Shown in pieces: positions 28,705-37,939 of a DNA stretch of 58,046 nucleotides. The stretch lies in contig JBJMQD010000036.1 of the NCBI GenBank assembly GCA_045802855.1, positions 1 to 58,046 on the forward strand, in the 5' to 3' direction. The position numbers were made by a program, and so were the translations under genes. Source of the stretch: Myxococcales bacterium. GTDB taxonomy: Bacteria > Myxococcota > Myxococcia > Myxococcales > 40CM-4-68-19. Positions within the stretch are counted from its first letter, which is position 1. Each line of letters begins with the position of its first letter. The notes under the pieces were generated by a model. The model saw only the letters and a program-made list of their open reading frames with translations. It had not been told where the DNA came from and did no database searches.

Positions 28705-30489
28705 TCAACCCGCGGAGTCGGGCCAGGGAGCGCCGAGCCAGCCGGTTCGCAGCTCGATGGCGGAAGCCTCCGCATGGGCGCTCGGTACGATGGTCGCGGT
28801 ATCGCGCGGGGCGGCCGCGAGACGGGCGGTCAGCTCCGCGAGCTCGTCGAGGCGGAATACCGACAAGCGGACCTCCTGCCCGGGCGGGCCGCGGGAAAGG
28901 CGCCTCTGCATCTCGCTGCGGAACCCGTCCAGGGCGACGATCTCGTCTCCGGCCGCGAGGCCGGCCTCCTGCGCTGGAGACCCTTCCATGACGCCCGCCA
29001 CTTCCAGCGACTGCCCCTTGTCGCGGAGCGCGGCGCCGAGATACGCGCGGGGAGCCGTATCCGGGGGCTCCGGCAGCCGCGCAGCCGCGCCGCCCTTGTC
29101 TTCCGGACCCGTGGAAGCGCGGAAGACCGCGGAAAGGCCGACCCCCGCGAGCGCTCCCTCGACGTCGAGCTCTTCCGTCCCCCGGATCGCCCGATCGAAC
29201 CAGGGGCGCAGATCCTCTCCCGAGATCTCGGTCGCCGCCTTCTCCACGCCGTCCTCGGGTAGGCCCTGCCCGCGGCCGTGTCGCTCGAAGAGAAGCCGCA
29301 TCACGTCGTCGAGCGACCGGGACCCCGAAGTTCGCCGCCGGATCTCCAGATCGAGCAGGAAGCCGACCACGCTGCCCTTCAGGTAATACGAGACGGTGGT
29401 GTTCGCGGTGCTCTCGTCCGGCCGGTAGTGCTTGATCCAGGAATCGTAGGACGCGAGAGCGAGCGGCGTCCGCGCCCTCCCCGGGGTCCGCCAGAGCTGC
29501 GTGATCCGCTCTCCCCAGATGGCGACGAACCGCTCCGGCGATACCAGCCCGGCGCGGCGGAGCGCGACCACCTCGTAGAAGCTCGTCAGCCCCTCCATCG
29601 CCCAGAGGAGCCTCGTGTAGTTCTCGCGCGTCCAGTCGTAGGGCGTGAACGCCTGGGGGCGGATGCGCTTCACGTTCCAGAGATGGAAGTACTCGTGCGC
29701 GACGAGCTGGAGGAAGTCCTCGTACGCGGCCTTCTGCACGAAGACAAAACGCGGGACGAGCAGCGCGCAGCTGCGCCTGTGCTCGAGCCCTCCCCGCCCC
29801 TTGTCGTTCAGATGCAGGAGGAAGAGATAGCGGTCCCGGAACGGAAGCTCTCCGTAGATCGCGGCCAGCGCCTCGACGATCCGCGTCATGTCCGGGATCG
29901 CCCGGCGAGCGTCGAAGTCGCCGCGGCCCCACACGACGAGCTCGTGCTGCACTCCCTGGACCGTGAAGGAGTGGGCGGAGTGGGAAGAGTCCGGACCCAT
30001 CTCGAACGGGCTGTCCGCGAGCTCGTCGTAGTCGCCGGCGTGGAAGGCGCCTTCCCGCCAGGGCAACGCGACCCAGGTCCGCCAGCCGGCTGGCAGCTCC
30101 GTCTTCACCGTGCAGGGCTGTCCTTCACGTCCGACGAAGTACGCGCACGCCGCCGCCGGATTCAGGAACGCGTGCGTCGGATCGACGTGGTTCGTGCGGA
30201 CGGTCAGCTCGAAGCACCCGAGCCGGTACGAGACGCGGACCCGGCGCGAACCTACGCAGGAGATCCGCCAGGTGTGCTTGTCGATCTTCTCGACTGCGAG
30301 GGCGCGCCCGGATTCGTCGGAGGCGGAAAGCCCGTCGACGTGGCGCTGGTGCTCGCGGATGAGATAGCTGCCGGGAGTCCAGACCGGCAGCCGGACGTCG
30401 AGCGATGCCTCGCCCCGCGTCTCGCACTCGAGAGCAATCTCAGCCCTGCGCGCCTCGGGCTGCGAAACCTTCAGCGTGTACGCGATCAT
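28705..30489 (-). CDS. M61-family metallopeptidase (glycyl aminopeptidase-like) with C-terminal PDZ domain
   Basis: HEYFHLWNVKR is the HExxH zinc motif. The C-terminal PDZ-like segment is GSPAQEAGLAAGDEIVALDG. 594 aa. Confidence 0.8.
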   Translation of the reverse strand: MIAYTLKVSQPEARRAEIALECETRGEASLDVRLPVWTPGSYLIREHQRHVDGLSASDESGRALAVEKIDKHTWRISCVGSRRVRVSYRLGCFELTVRTNHVDPTHAFLNPAAACAYFVGREGQPCTVKTELPAGWRTWVALPWREGAFHAGDYDELADSPFEMGPDSSHSAHSFTVQGVQHELVVWGRGDFDARRAIPDMTRIVEALAAIYGELPFRDRYLFLLHLNDKGRGGLEHRRSCALLVPRFVFVQKAAYEDFLQLVAHEYFHLWNVKRIRPQAFTPYDWTRENYTRLLWAMEGLTSFYEVVALRRAGLVSPERFVAIWGERITQLWRTPGRARTPLALASYDSWIKHYRPDESTANTTVSYYLKGSVVGFLLDLEIRRRTSGSRSLDDVMRLLFERHGRGQGLPEDGVEKAATEISGEDLRPWFDRAIRGTEELDVEGALAGVGLSAVFRASTGPEDKGGAAARLPEPPDTAPRAYLGAALRDKGQSLEVAGVMEGSPAQEAGLAAGDEIVALDGFRSEMQRRLSRGPPGQEVRLSVFRLDELAELTARLAAAPRDTATIVPSAHAEASAIELRTGWLGAPWPDSAG

Positions 30490-30506
30490 GTCGCGCGGAC
30501 TGTAAT

Positions 30507-31211
30507 CTATCTCTGCACCGTCAACACGGGCTTGCTGCTCTGGGCACGGGCGAGGAGCACCTCGCTACCCTCGACGGGGGAGTTGCTCGCGAGGAGCCCG
30601 ACGAACCGCGTGTACTCGCGCTTGACGCGGCGCGGGTACTCCTTGATCCGGTCGGGAATCTCGTCGACGAGCTTGTACTGCCGGAGCCGCTTCGGGCCGG
30701 CGTTGTACGCCATCAGGGCGTCGTCGCGGCTTCCGAACCGGCGCTCGAGCCAGCGGAAGTAGCGGACGGCGAGCCGCACGTCGACCACCGGATCCTGGCC
30801 CGTCTCGTAGTCGTCGCCTCCGACGTCGGGCTCACGGGCGCTGATCCAGGCGAACGTGGACGGCATGATCTGGACGAGACCGCGGGCGCCGCGCTCGCTC
30901 GTCGCCTGCATGTGGAAGCCGCTCTCGACCGAGACCATGGCGAGGACGAAGAGCGGGTCGTAACCGGCCCGGTTCGCCTCGAGAAGGACGGCCTCGCCGA
31001 GCCGCGACCTCATCTCGGAGGAGAGGGCGGGGGCGATCCGGGTGAGAAGCGCCTCGAGCTGCGCCTGGGTAAGCGTCGTAGGTGGCGAATCCTTGAGCTT
31101 TCTCTGGACCACCGGCAGCGGGCGGTCGAGGAGCCACACGTCGGCCGCGGCTCCCGCGACGACGAGCGCACCAGAGAGCAGAAGGAACGCGCGAAAGTTT
31201 TTCGCCGTCAT
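30507..31211 (-). CDS. Lytic transglycosylase (SLT domain), signal-anchored
   Basis: The N-terminal hydrophobic segment is FRAFLLLSGALVVAGAAA. The SLT catalytic block is VSVESGF...GARGLVQIMPSTF...AYNAG. ATG 31211 overlaps the upstream stop as ATGA. Confidence 0.8.
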   Translation of the reverse strand: MTAKNFRAFLLLSGALVVAGAAADVWLLDRPLPVVQRKLKDSPPTTLTQAQLEALLTRIAPALSSEMRSRLGEAVLLEANRAGYDPLFVLAMVSVESGFHMQATSERGARGLVQIMPSTFAWISAREPDVGGDDYETGQDPVVDVRLAVRYFRWLERRFGSRDDALMAYNAGPKRLRQYKLVDEIPDRIKEYPRRVKREYTRFVGLLASNSPVEGSEVLLARAQSSKPVLTVQR

Positions 31212-31549
31212 CCGCCCGACGTCTCCTGGTTGGCCGTTCGCGCGAGGCGCCGCTCGAGCGCGTCGATGCGGTCCTCGATGGCCGTAAGCTCGGCCCGCGA
31301 CGGCATTGCCAGGCGATCGAGTCCGCGGCGCACCGCGTCTTCGATCTGCGTCTGCATCTGCTGCCGGTGTTCGCGCAGCTTGCTCGCAATGTCGGCGAGG
31401 AGGCGCTGTGCGCCTTCCGCCGACAGAGCGCCTTCGTGCAACGACTGACCGAGCCGGGCGATCAACTCCTGCGCCTGATCCTCCACGGAGGACGCAGCGA
31501 GAACCGCCTTGCTCCACGACTCCTGCACAGCGGTCCGTAAGTCGGACAT
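31208..31549 (-). CDS. Phasin-family (PHA granule-associated, PhaF/PhaI N-domain-like) protein
   Basis: 113 aa and all-helical. The C-terminal block LDRLAMPSRAELTAIEDRIDALERRLA matches the conserved RLGVPSR-E...L...V..LE block of the phasin family. Confidence 0.6.
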   Translation of the reverse strand: MSDLRTAVQESWSKAVLAASSVEDQAQELIARLGQSLHEGALSAEGAQRLLADIASKLREHRQQMQTQIEDAVRRGLDRLAMPSRAELTAIEDRIDALERRLARTANQETSGG

Positions 31550-31712
31550 GGTGCCCCCGGGGTGAGAGAAACGGCCGAGGCCAGAATGGCCGGAACACAG
31601 ACAGGCTAGCAGCCGCTTGCTGCGGCCCACAAGCACCGGTGTCGATTGATGTCTGACAGCTGTCTTACCGCTGCTTTACAGGCTTTCTGTTCGTTCGCGG
31701 ACCTGGTGCGAT

Positions 31713-31739
31713 GTGGTCGTGGAGCGGTGCCACGACCAC
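31713..31739 (-). terminator. Hairpin (10-bp stem, 7-nt loop) 18 nt downstream of the 31757 stop
   Basis: GTGGTCGTGG-agcggtg-CCACGACCAC. There is no trailing U-tract in the sense direction. Confidence 0.35.
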
Positions 31740-31756
31740 CTGCGCGCACAAAAAGA

Positions 31757-32083
31757 TCAAGCCGTAGGAGGCTCGGTGCTGCTCGCCTCGGCGCGATCCC
31801 TCCCGTTCGGGAGCGGCTCTGTGGCAGTCCGAGCGATCTCTTGGATCCGCTTTCCGAACTTCTCGATCTCCAAGCCAAGGTTGGCGATGGAATCCCGGGT
31901 GTCCGTCTTGGCGCCGGCGAGGAACGACTTCAACTCGACCTGGGCGCGATCGCCCACGAGATCGAGGAGCTTGCGAGCTTCCGTCTCGAACTCCTTGGCC
32001 CGCGCGGTCGCGCGGCTCTGTGCTGCGTGAAGCACTTCCTGGACGCGATTCTGCAACTCGTTCAACTGACCCGACGTGAACAT
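31757..32083 (-). CDS. Small helical (phasin-like/coiled-coil) protein
   Basis: ATG 32083 has AGGGAGG 6 nt upstream. The 108-aa protein is helical and Lys/Glu-rich. It was trimmed from a 378-aa track ORF. Confidence 0.55.
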   Translation of the reverse strand: MFTSGQLNELQNRVQEVLHAAQSRATARAKEFETEARKLLDLVGDRAQVELKSFLAGAKTDTRDSIANLGLEIEKFGKRIQEIARTATEPLPNGRDRAEASSTEPPTA

Positions 32084-32252
32084 TTCCGGCCTCCCTGTGA
32101 CGCGCTGCGTGATGACGGGTATCTGTCTAATGCACTGCGTCGTCCGCGTCAAGCACGACGCCTCGCCCCAGAGGCAGGGGGCTCTACGGAGCGGGTTCCG
32201 CCCGCGACGCGCGAACGCGGCCAGGCGAGAGCATCCGGTATACAGTCTGGAT

Positions 32253-34505
32253 ATGGACGGCGCACAGATCTCCACCTTTCCCCCGCCTCCGCAGCCCACG
32301 GAGAAGGCGCCCGTCCCTGCGCTTGCCCCCGTTCCGGCCCCCGAAGCCGTGCCGGCGCAGTCGCTGAACGACGCCCGGTTCTTCATCAATCGGGAGCTCT
32401 CCTGGCTCGCGTTCGACGAGCGGGTCCTGGAGGAGGCCTGCGACCCACAGGTCCCCGCCCTCGAACGCCTCAAGTTTCTCGCGATCACCTCGTCGAACCT
32501 CGACGAATTCTTCATGATTCGCGTCGCGGGCTTGAAGCAGCAGCTCGTCGGCCACGTCGAGGAGACCGGGCCCGACGCGCTCACCCCCGCCGAGCAGCTC
32601 ACCGCCATCAGCGCCCGTTGCCACGCCATGGTGGCGCGCCAGTACAAGGCGCTGATGCAGGACGTGCTCCCGAACCTGGAGCGCGCCGGCGTCCGGCTCC
32701 TCCGCCATGGGAAGCTCTCGACGGAAGCAGACGCCTTCGTCGACGAGTACTTCTGGCGGGAGGTCTTTCCGGTCCTCACGCCCATCGCGCTCGATCCGGG
32801 CCATCCCTTCCCGCATCTCCGCAACAAGTCGCTGAACCTCGCGGTCCGGTTCTCGGCGGGGACCCCGGGGGGGCGCCTCCGGTACGGGATCATCCCGGTC
32901 CCGAGCGTCCTGCCCCGGCTCGTCGAGGTGCGCGATTCCGGCCGGCGCAGCTACGCGCTCCTCGAGGACGTGATCGCCCGCCACGCCGCCCAGCTCTTCC
33001 CCGGGATGCCCATCGAGGGCTGCTACCCCTTCCGGGTGACGCGCAACTGGGACATCTCCATCGACGAGGAGGAGGCCGAGGACCTCCTCGTCACCATCGA
33101 GCGCGAAGTGCGCCGGCGCGACCGCGGCAGCGCGGTGCGCCTGGAAATCGCGGCCCAGGCCGAACAGCCGATGGTCGACTACCTCGTCCGCGCCCTGAAG
33201 CTCGGGCCCGGAGACGTGTACCGGCCCGACGGGCCGCTCGATATCCCGGACCTGCTTTCCCTTCTCGGCCGCATCGAGCAGAAGGAGCTGCACGACGAGC
33301 CCTTCTCGCCCGTCATCCCGCCCCAGATCGGCGACGGCGAGCGCGATCTCTTCCGGCTCATCCGCGAGCGCGACGTCCTCCTCCATCATCCCTACGAATC
33401 GTTCGATCCGGTGGTGAGCTTCATCGAAGCCGCCGCCGACGACCCGGCCGTCCTCGCCATCAAGATGACGCTGTACCGCGCGGGCAAGGACTCGCCGGTG
33501 GTGCGGGCGCTGCAGCGGGCGGCCGACAACGGCAAGCAGGTGACCGCGCTCGTCGAGCTGAAGGCCAGGATGGACGAGGAGGCGAACATCGTCTGGGCCC
33601 GCGCGCTCGAGCAGGCGGGCGTCCACGTCGTCTACGGTCTCATTGGTTACAAGACACACAGCAAAGCCGCCCTCGTCGTGCGGCGGGAGAGCGCGGGCCT
33701 GCGACGGTACGTGCACCTCGGCACCGGGAACTACAACCCGGTAACCGCGCGCATCTACTCGGACCTGTCGCTCTTCACGGCGAAGGAGGACTTCGGCGCC
33801 GACGCGACGTCGCTCTTCAACCTCCTCACCGGCTACTCGAAGCCGATGGCGTGGAAAAAGTTCAAGGTCGCCCCGCTCTCGCTCAAGGCCTCCGTCCTCG
33901 AGCTCATCGAGCGCGAGGCGCAGATCGCGTCGCAAACGGGCAAGGGGCGGATCGTCGCCAAGATGAATTCGCTCTCCGAGCCCGACGTGATCAAGGCGCT
34001 CTACCGCGCCTCGCAGGCCGGAGTGCAGATCGACCTCGTCGTCCGGGGCGTCTGCGTGCTGCGGCCGGGCATCCCGGGAGTGTCCGACCGGATCCGCGTG
34101 ACGAGCATCGTCGACCGGTTCCTCGAGCACGCGCGGATCTGGCACTTCGAAGCAGGCGGGAAGCGGGAGATGTTCCTGGCCTCCGCGGACTGGATGCAGC
34201 GCAACTTCGTCCGCCGGGTGGAAATCGCGTTCCCGGTCGACGATCCGGCCATCCGCGACCGGATCTTCGACGAGATCCTCGCCATCTCGCTCTCCGACAA
34301 CGTCAAGGCCCGGATCCTTCGTGCCGACGGGACGTACGAGCGTGCCCCGGTTGCGCCGGGTGCGCCCACGGTCCGCAGCCAGGAGCGTTTCATGGCGTTC
34401 GCGCGGCGCGCCTCTTCCGCGGCCGAGGCGCCCGTCGCCGCCGCGGACGTGTTCCCCAACCAGCGCCGGCCGGAGCGCCGCCGCAAGAAGCGGACGCTGG
34501 CATGA
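32253..34505 (+). CDS. ppk: Polyphosphate kinase 1
   Basis: FFINRELSWLAFDERVLEEA, LDEFFMIRV and GYKTHSKAALVVR (autophosphorylated-His region), plus two PLD-like C-terminal domains. The protein is 750 aa from ATG 32253. Confidence 0.92.
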   Translation: MDGAQISTFPPPPQPTEKAPVPALAPVPAPEAVPAQSLNDARFFINRELSWLAFDERVLEEACDPQVPALERLKFLAITSSNLDEFFMIRVAGLKQQLVGHVEETGPDALTPAEQLTAISARCHAMVARQYKALMQDVLPNLERAGVRLLRHGKLSTEADAFVDEYFWREVFPVLTPIALDPGHPFPHLRNKSLNLAVRFSAGTPGGRLRYGIIPVPSVLPRLVEVRDSGRRSYALLEDVIARHAAQLFPGMPIEGCYPFRVTRNWDISIDEEEAEDLLVTIEREVRRRDRGSAVRLEIAAQAEQPMVDYLVRALKLGPGDVYRPDGPLDIPDLLSLLGRIEQKELHDEPFSPVIPPQIGDGERDLFRLIRERDVLLHHPYESFDPVVSFIEAAADDPAVLAIKMTLYRAGKDSPVVRALQRAADNGKQVTALVELKARMDEEANIVWARALEQAGVHVVYGLIGYKTHSKAALVVRRESAGLRRYVHLGTGNYNPVTARIYSDLSLFTAKEDFGADATSLFNLLTGYSKPMAWKKFKVAPLSLKASVLELIEREAQIASQTGKGRIVAKMNSLSEPDVIKALYRASQAGVQIDLVVRGVCVLRPGIPGVSDRIRVTSIVDRFLEHARIWHFEAGGKREMFLASADWMQRNFVRRVEIAFPVDDPAIRDRIFDEILAISLSDNVKARILRADGTYERAPVAPGAPTVRSQERFMAFARRASSAAEAPVAAADVFPNQRRPERRRKKRTLA

Positions 34506-35305
34506 GCGCGTTCGTCACCGCGGTGGCGCTCTCCGTTTCCGTCTTCGCCGCGGCGGCCACGCGTTCGCCCTGGAGACAGATCGCCCCTGGCGTGGAGAAC
34601 GCAACGGTCGCCGATCTAGGAGGCGACGCGAACTGGGCGGCGAAGGTCGTCCTGGTCGATCCGCAGCTGGTGCAGTTCGCCATCCGGTTCGATGCGGCGA
34701 GGCCGACCCTCAAGGAATGGCGGGCGCGTTTCCCATCGGCCATCGCGATCATCAACGGCTCCTTCTACTCGAGCGATTCGGCCGAGATCCGGCCCACCTG
34801 CGAGCTCGTCCAGGAAGGAAAGCGCGTGAAGGGAGCCGGGTGCCTGCGGCAGGACGCGCTGTACTTCGGAGCCCGGCCGAAGAACGCGCCGCCTGTGGTC
34901 GCTAGCATCGCTCCCACCCGGCCCGCGGCCTCGCCCTCTTCGCCGCGATTTCTCGCTCCTTCCGCCTTCCGCGCCGACGACTGGGTGGAGGCGCTGAAGA
35001 GCTTTCCCGCCCTCGTGCACGAGGGCACCCCGGCCTGCAACGGCCCCCATTACTGTGCCGAATCGAGCAGGACCGCCGCCCTGGGACAGCTCAGGGATGG
35101 CAGGATCCTTCTCTTCGCCTCGCAGTGGCCGGCGGTGCGCCGCGAAGTCGGACGGTGGCTGTCGGACGCCCTCGGCGCGGTCGAAGTGCTGAACCTCGAT
35201 GGAGGCCCGGAAGCGACGCTCGCCCTCCACGGCGAGCCGCTCGAGGACACCATCGGAACGAACGGCCGTGGCCTCCCGCTCGTGTTGGTGGTCCTCCCGC
35301 CGTAG
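34502..35305 (+). CDS. Phosphodiester glycosidase family (DUF2233/NAGPA-like) secreted protein
   Basis: ATG 34502 overlaps the ppk stop as ATGA. It has a signal-like N-terminus and INGSFY and LNLDGGPEATL motifs typical of the family. Confidence 0.65.
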   Translation: MSAFVTAVALSVSVFAAAATRSPWRQIAPGVENATVADLGGDANWAAKVVLVDPQLVQFAIRFDAARPTLKEWRARFPSAIAIINGSFYSSDSAEIRPTCELVQEGKRVKGAGCLRQDALYFGARPKNAPPVVASIAPTRPAASPSSPRFLAPSAFRADDWVEALKSFPALVHEGTPACNGPHYCAESSRTAALGQLRDGRILLFASQWPAVRREVGRWLSDALGAVEVLNLDGGPEATLALHGEPLEDTIGTNGRGLPLVLVVLPP

Positions 35306-35489
35306 CCAGTCCGGAGACTTTCCCGCCACCCTCCGGATCCGGCTGTTTCTGTTGCAATCTCCGCTTTTTTCGGATACTTGAGCCGCGGCCAAGCGGGCAG
35401 CCGCTCATCGGGCGTCAAAATCTTGCTCCATGACCAGCTTTGCGGTCTTTCCGGATGTCATCGGACTGTCACGGGGCCACAGGAGGTAG

Positions 35490-37811
35490 ATGCTGCTCAC
35501 GGGGTTTGCGCTGGTCTGGCTGACGCTCCTTGCCGCCTACGGCATCCGCGTCGCCCTCGCGGGCCGCTTCGCGCACGCACGCGCCCAGAAGGAACCGGGT
35601 AGTCCCTTTCTGGGGCGGTTTTTGATCGAATTCGGTTACTGGGCTTTCTCGCCGCTCGAGAAGGCGTGCCTTCTGCTGGGAGTCACTCCCAACCAGCTCA
35701 CCGCGGCGTCCCTCGCCGCGAGCCTCGGCGCCGCCTTGTTCTTCGCGCTCGGCGATCCCTCGGTCGCGGGTGCGCTGGTGATCCTCTGCGCCATCTTCGA
35801 CGCGCTCGATGGGATGGTGGCGCGGGCCCGCGGCACGGCTTCGGATGCGGGCGAGCTCATCGACGCCGCGGTCGATCGGTACGCGGAAATCGCGACGTTC
35901 GCGGGCATCGCCGCCTATTACCGGACCTACCTGCCCGGCTTCTGGCTCGCGCTCGCTTCGCTGGGAGGCGCCCTCCTCGTCTCTTATGCCAGGGCGAAGG
36001 GCGAGATCAGCGGCATCGACGCACGGATGGGCGCGATGAATCGCGGCGAGCGGGCCATGTATCTCGGCATCGCCGGGCTTGCCGCGCCAGTCGTCTCCTC
36101 CTGGCTGGAGCCCTCCGCCTCGGCGCCGCTCTACCATGCCCTTCTCGCCACCCTCGCGCTCATCGCGGTGATGGCGAACGCGACGGCCGTGCGGAGGTTC
36201 CTCTTCATCCACCGCGAGCTGCGCAAGCGAGACGGCCACGTCCCCGAGCCGCGGACAGATCCGCTCCACGGATGGATGAACCGCGCCACCGTGGCTTCGG
36301 TGATCGCCACGGTGATCGATTACGGGACGTTCACCGCCCTCGTCGGCATCGCGGGCGTCTACACGGGGACGTCCCGCGCGCTCGGCGCGCTCCTCGGCGC
36401 GATCACCAATTTCACCGTCAACAAGCTCTGGACCTTCCGTACTGGAGGGGACTCGGTCTGGCACGAGGGCCCCCGGTACGCAGCCATCTCGCTCACCTCG
36501 CTATTGCTGAATACCCTCGGCGTCGTCCTCCTCACCGACGGGCTGCACTGGAATCCGCTGCTCGCCGCCGCCGTGGTCGGCACGCTGGTCGCCGTGGGAT
36601 GGAACCTTCCGCTGCACCGCCACTTCGTCTTCCGGCCGAGCCGCAGGCCCAGGCTCGCGCTCCTCGGGGCGCTGGCCTCGGCGACGGCGGCGGTGGCAGT
36701 CCTCTTCGTCGCCTATGGCATGCCCTCCGCGGAGGAGAGCGTGCACGGCTTCTCCATCCACGCGGACGACGCGGCCCCTTCGGGGAGCGCGAGCTTCCTG
36801 CCCAAGCTCCGGCCGGAGGCGTTCTACTCGGAGAGCTACTCCTTCCTCTTCTCCGCCGAGGATGGCACGTTCGTCCGGGTCCAGTTCCTCGTTTCGAACG
36901 GCGGGCTCGAGGCGCGCGGCAAGGCCGCGGCGCGGGCGGTGATGGTGCTCCCCGACGGCAGCACCGTCGAGGACGCCGACACCTTCGATCCCGAGCAGTG
37001 GAACGTCCTCTCCGAGGGCGCCATCGAGATGGGCGCGCACAGGCTCACCATGGGCCCGGACGCGAGCCATCACGTCCATTTCGGCGGGAAGAAGTTGGTG
37101 GTCGACGCCACCGTGCTCCCCGAGACGAAGCCGCTCCGGCCCGGAGGCGGAAGGGTGGTCTTCGACGCGAGCGGCCGCGCCGTGTTCGACCAGACCATCT
37201 TCGCCTTGCGGAGCCGTTTCGACGGCAGCGTCTGGAGTCCCCGCCGCGGCAACAAGCGCGTCAAAGGCTACTGCTACGCGGACACCTCCTACAGCACGGT
37301 GCCTGCCTACAAGAGCGCTTCGCTCTGGCTGCGGATGGAGGCGTTCGACGATGGGTCGGACGGGACCGCGGCCCTCGCCGTGCTCTTCCCGCCGCAGGGA
37401 ACGCTCCGGCAGCCGGAAGGCTGGCTCTACACGAGCAAGAACGGCAAGACGGAAGTCCGCTCGAGCGAGGTGAAGGTCGCGTTCGAGGATCTCCGCCACG
37501 AGCCTGGCGGGCGGTTCGAGTACGACGTCCCGCAGCGGATCATCGCGGTCGCGCGGGGCGCGGAGGACGAGCGCGTCACCTTGACCTTGCAGGCCCGCAG
37601 GCTCCTCTACAAGGAGGACGTGCTGGGCGAGATGGGGCCGCTCTCCCGGCTCCTCGTCAGCACGGTCGCCGCACCCATGGCCTACACATACGAGAATGGC
37701 TACACGCTGCGCATCGAGCGCAAGGGTGAGCCCGCCGAGGTGCGTAGCGGCACGGCGCTCACCGAGTTCTCCTACGCCAACAAGCCGTCGCAGCTCGCGG
37801 CGGCGTTCTAG
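35490..37811 (+). CDS. Three-domain fusion: CDP-alcohol phosphatidyltransferase + GtrA-like 4-TM domain + ~370-aa uncharacterised beta-rich C-terminal domain
   Basis: DALDGMVARARGTASDAGELIDAAVD matches D-x2-DG-x2-AR-x8-G-x3-D-x3-D perfectly. The GtrA signature is ITNFTVNKLWTF within four hydrophobic helices. A further TM segment follows, then a soluble-looking beta-rich domain. Confidence 0.8.
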   Translation: MLLTGFALVWLTLLAAYGIRVALAGRFAHARAQKEPGSPFLGRFLIEFGYWAFSPLEKACLLLGVTPNQLTAASLAASLGAALFFALGDPSVAGALVILCAIFDALDGMVARARGTASDAGELIDAAVDRYAEIATFAGIAAYYRTYLPGFWLALASLGGALLVSYARAKGEISGIDARMGAMNRGERAMYLGIAGLAAPVVSSWLEPSASAPLYHALLATLALIAVMANATAVRRFLFIHRELRKRDGHVPEPRTDPLHGWMNRATVASVIATVIDYGTFTALVGIAGVYTGTSRALGALLGAITNFTVNKLWTFRTGGDSVWHEGPRYAAISLTSLLLNTLGVVLLTDGLHWNPLLAAAVVGTLVAVGWNLPLHRHFVFRPSRRPRLALLGALASATAAVAVLFVAYGMPSAEESVHGFSIHADDAAPSGSASFLPKLRPEAFYSESYSFLFSAEDGTFVRVQFLVSNGGLEARGKAAARAVMVLPDGSTVEDADTFDPEQWNVLSEGAIEMGAHRLTMGPDASHHVHFGGKKLVVDATVLPETKPLRPGGGRVVFDASGRAVFDQTIFALRSRFDGSVWSPRRGNKRVKGYCYADTSYSTVPAYKSASLWLRMEAFDDGSDGTAALAVLFPPQGTLRQPEGWLYTSKNGKTEVRSSEVKVAFEDLRHEPGGRFEYDVPQRIIAVARGAEDERVTLTLQARRLLYKEDVLGEMGPLSRLLVSTVAAPMAYTYENGYTLRIERKGEPAEVRSGTALTEFSYANKPSQLAAAF

Positions 37812-37939
37812 AAAACTAGCTCGTTGCCGGCGTTTGGTGGACCGTTGTACACGGTTCCCGCGACTGCCGTCCCTTGGAGGGTCGGGCTCCCGGAAACCAA
37901 GCCCGGCGATGGGCTTCCTAACCAGCGAGGGACCATCCG

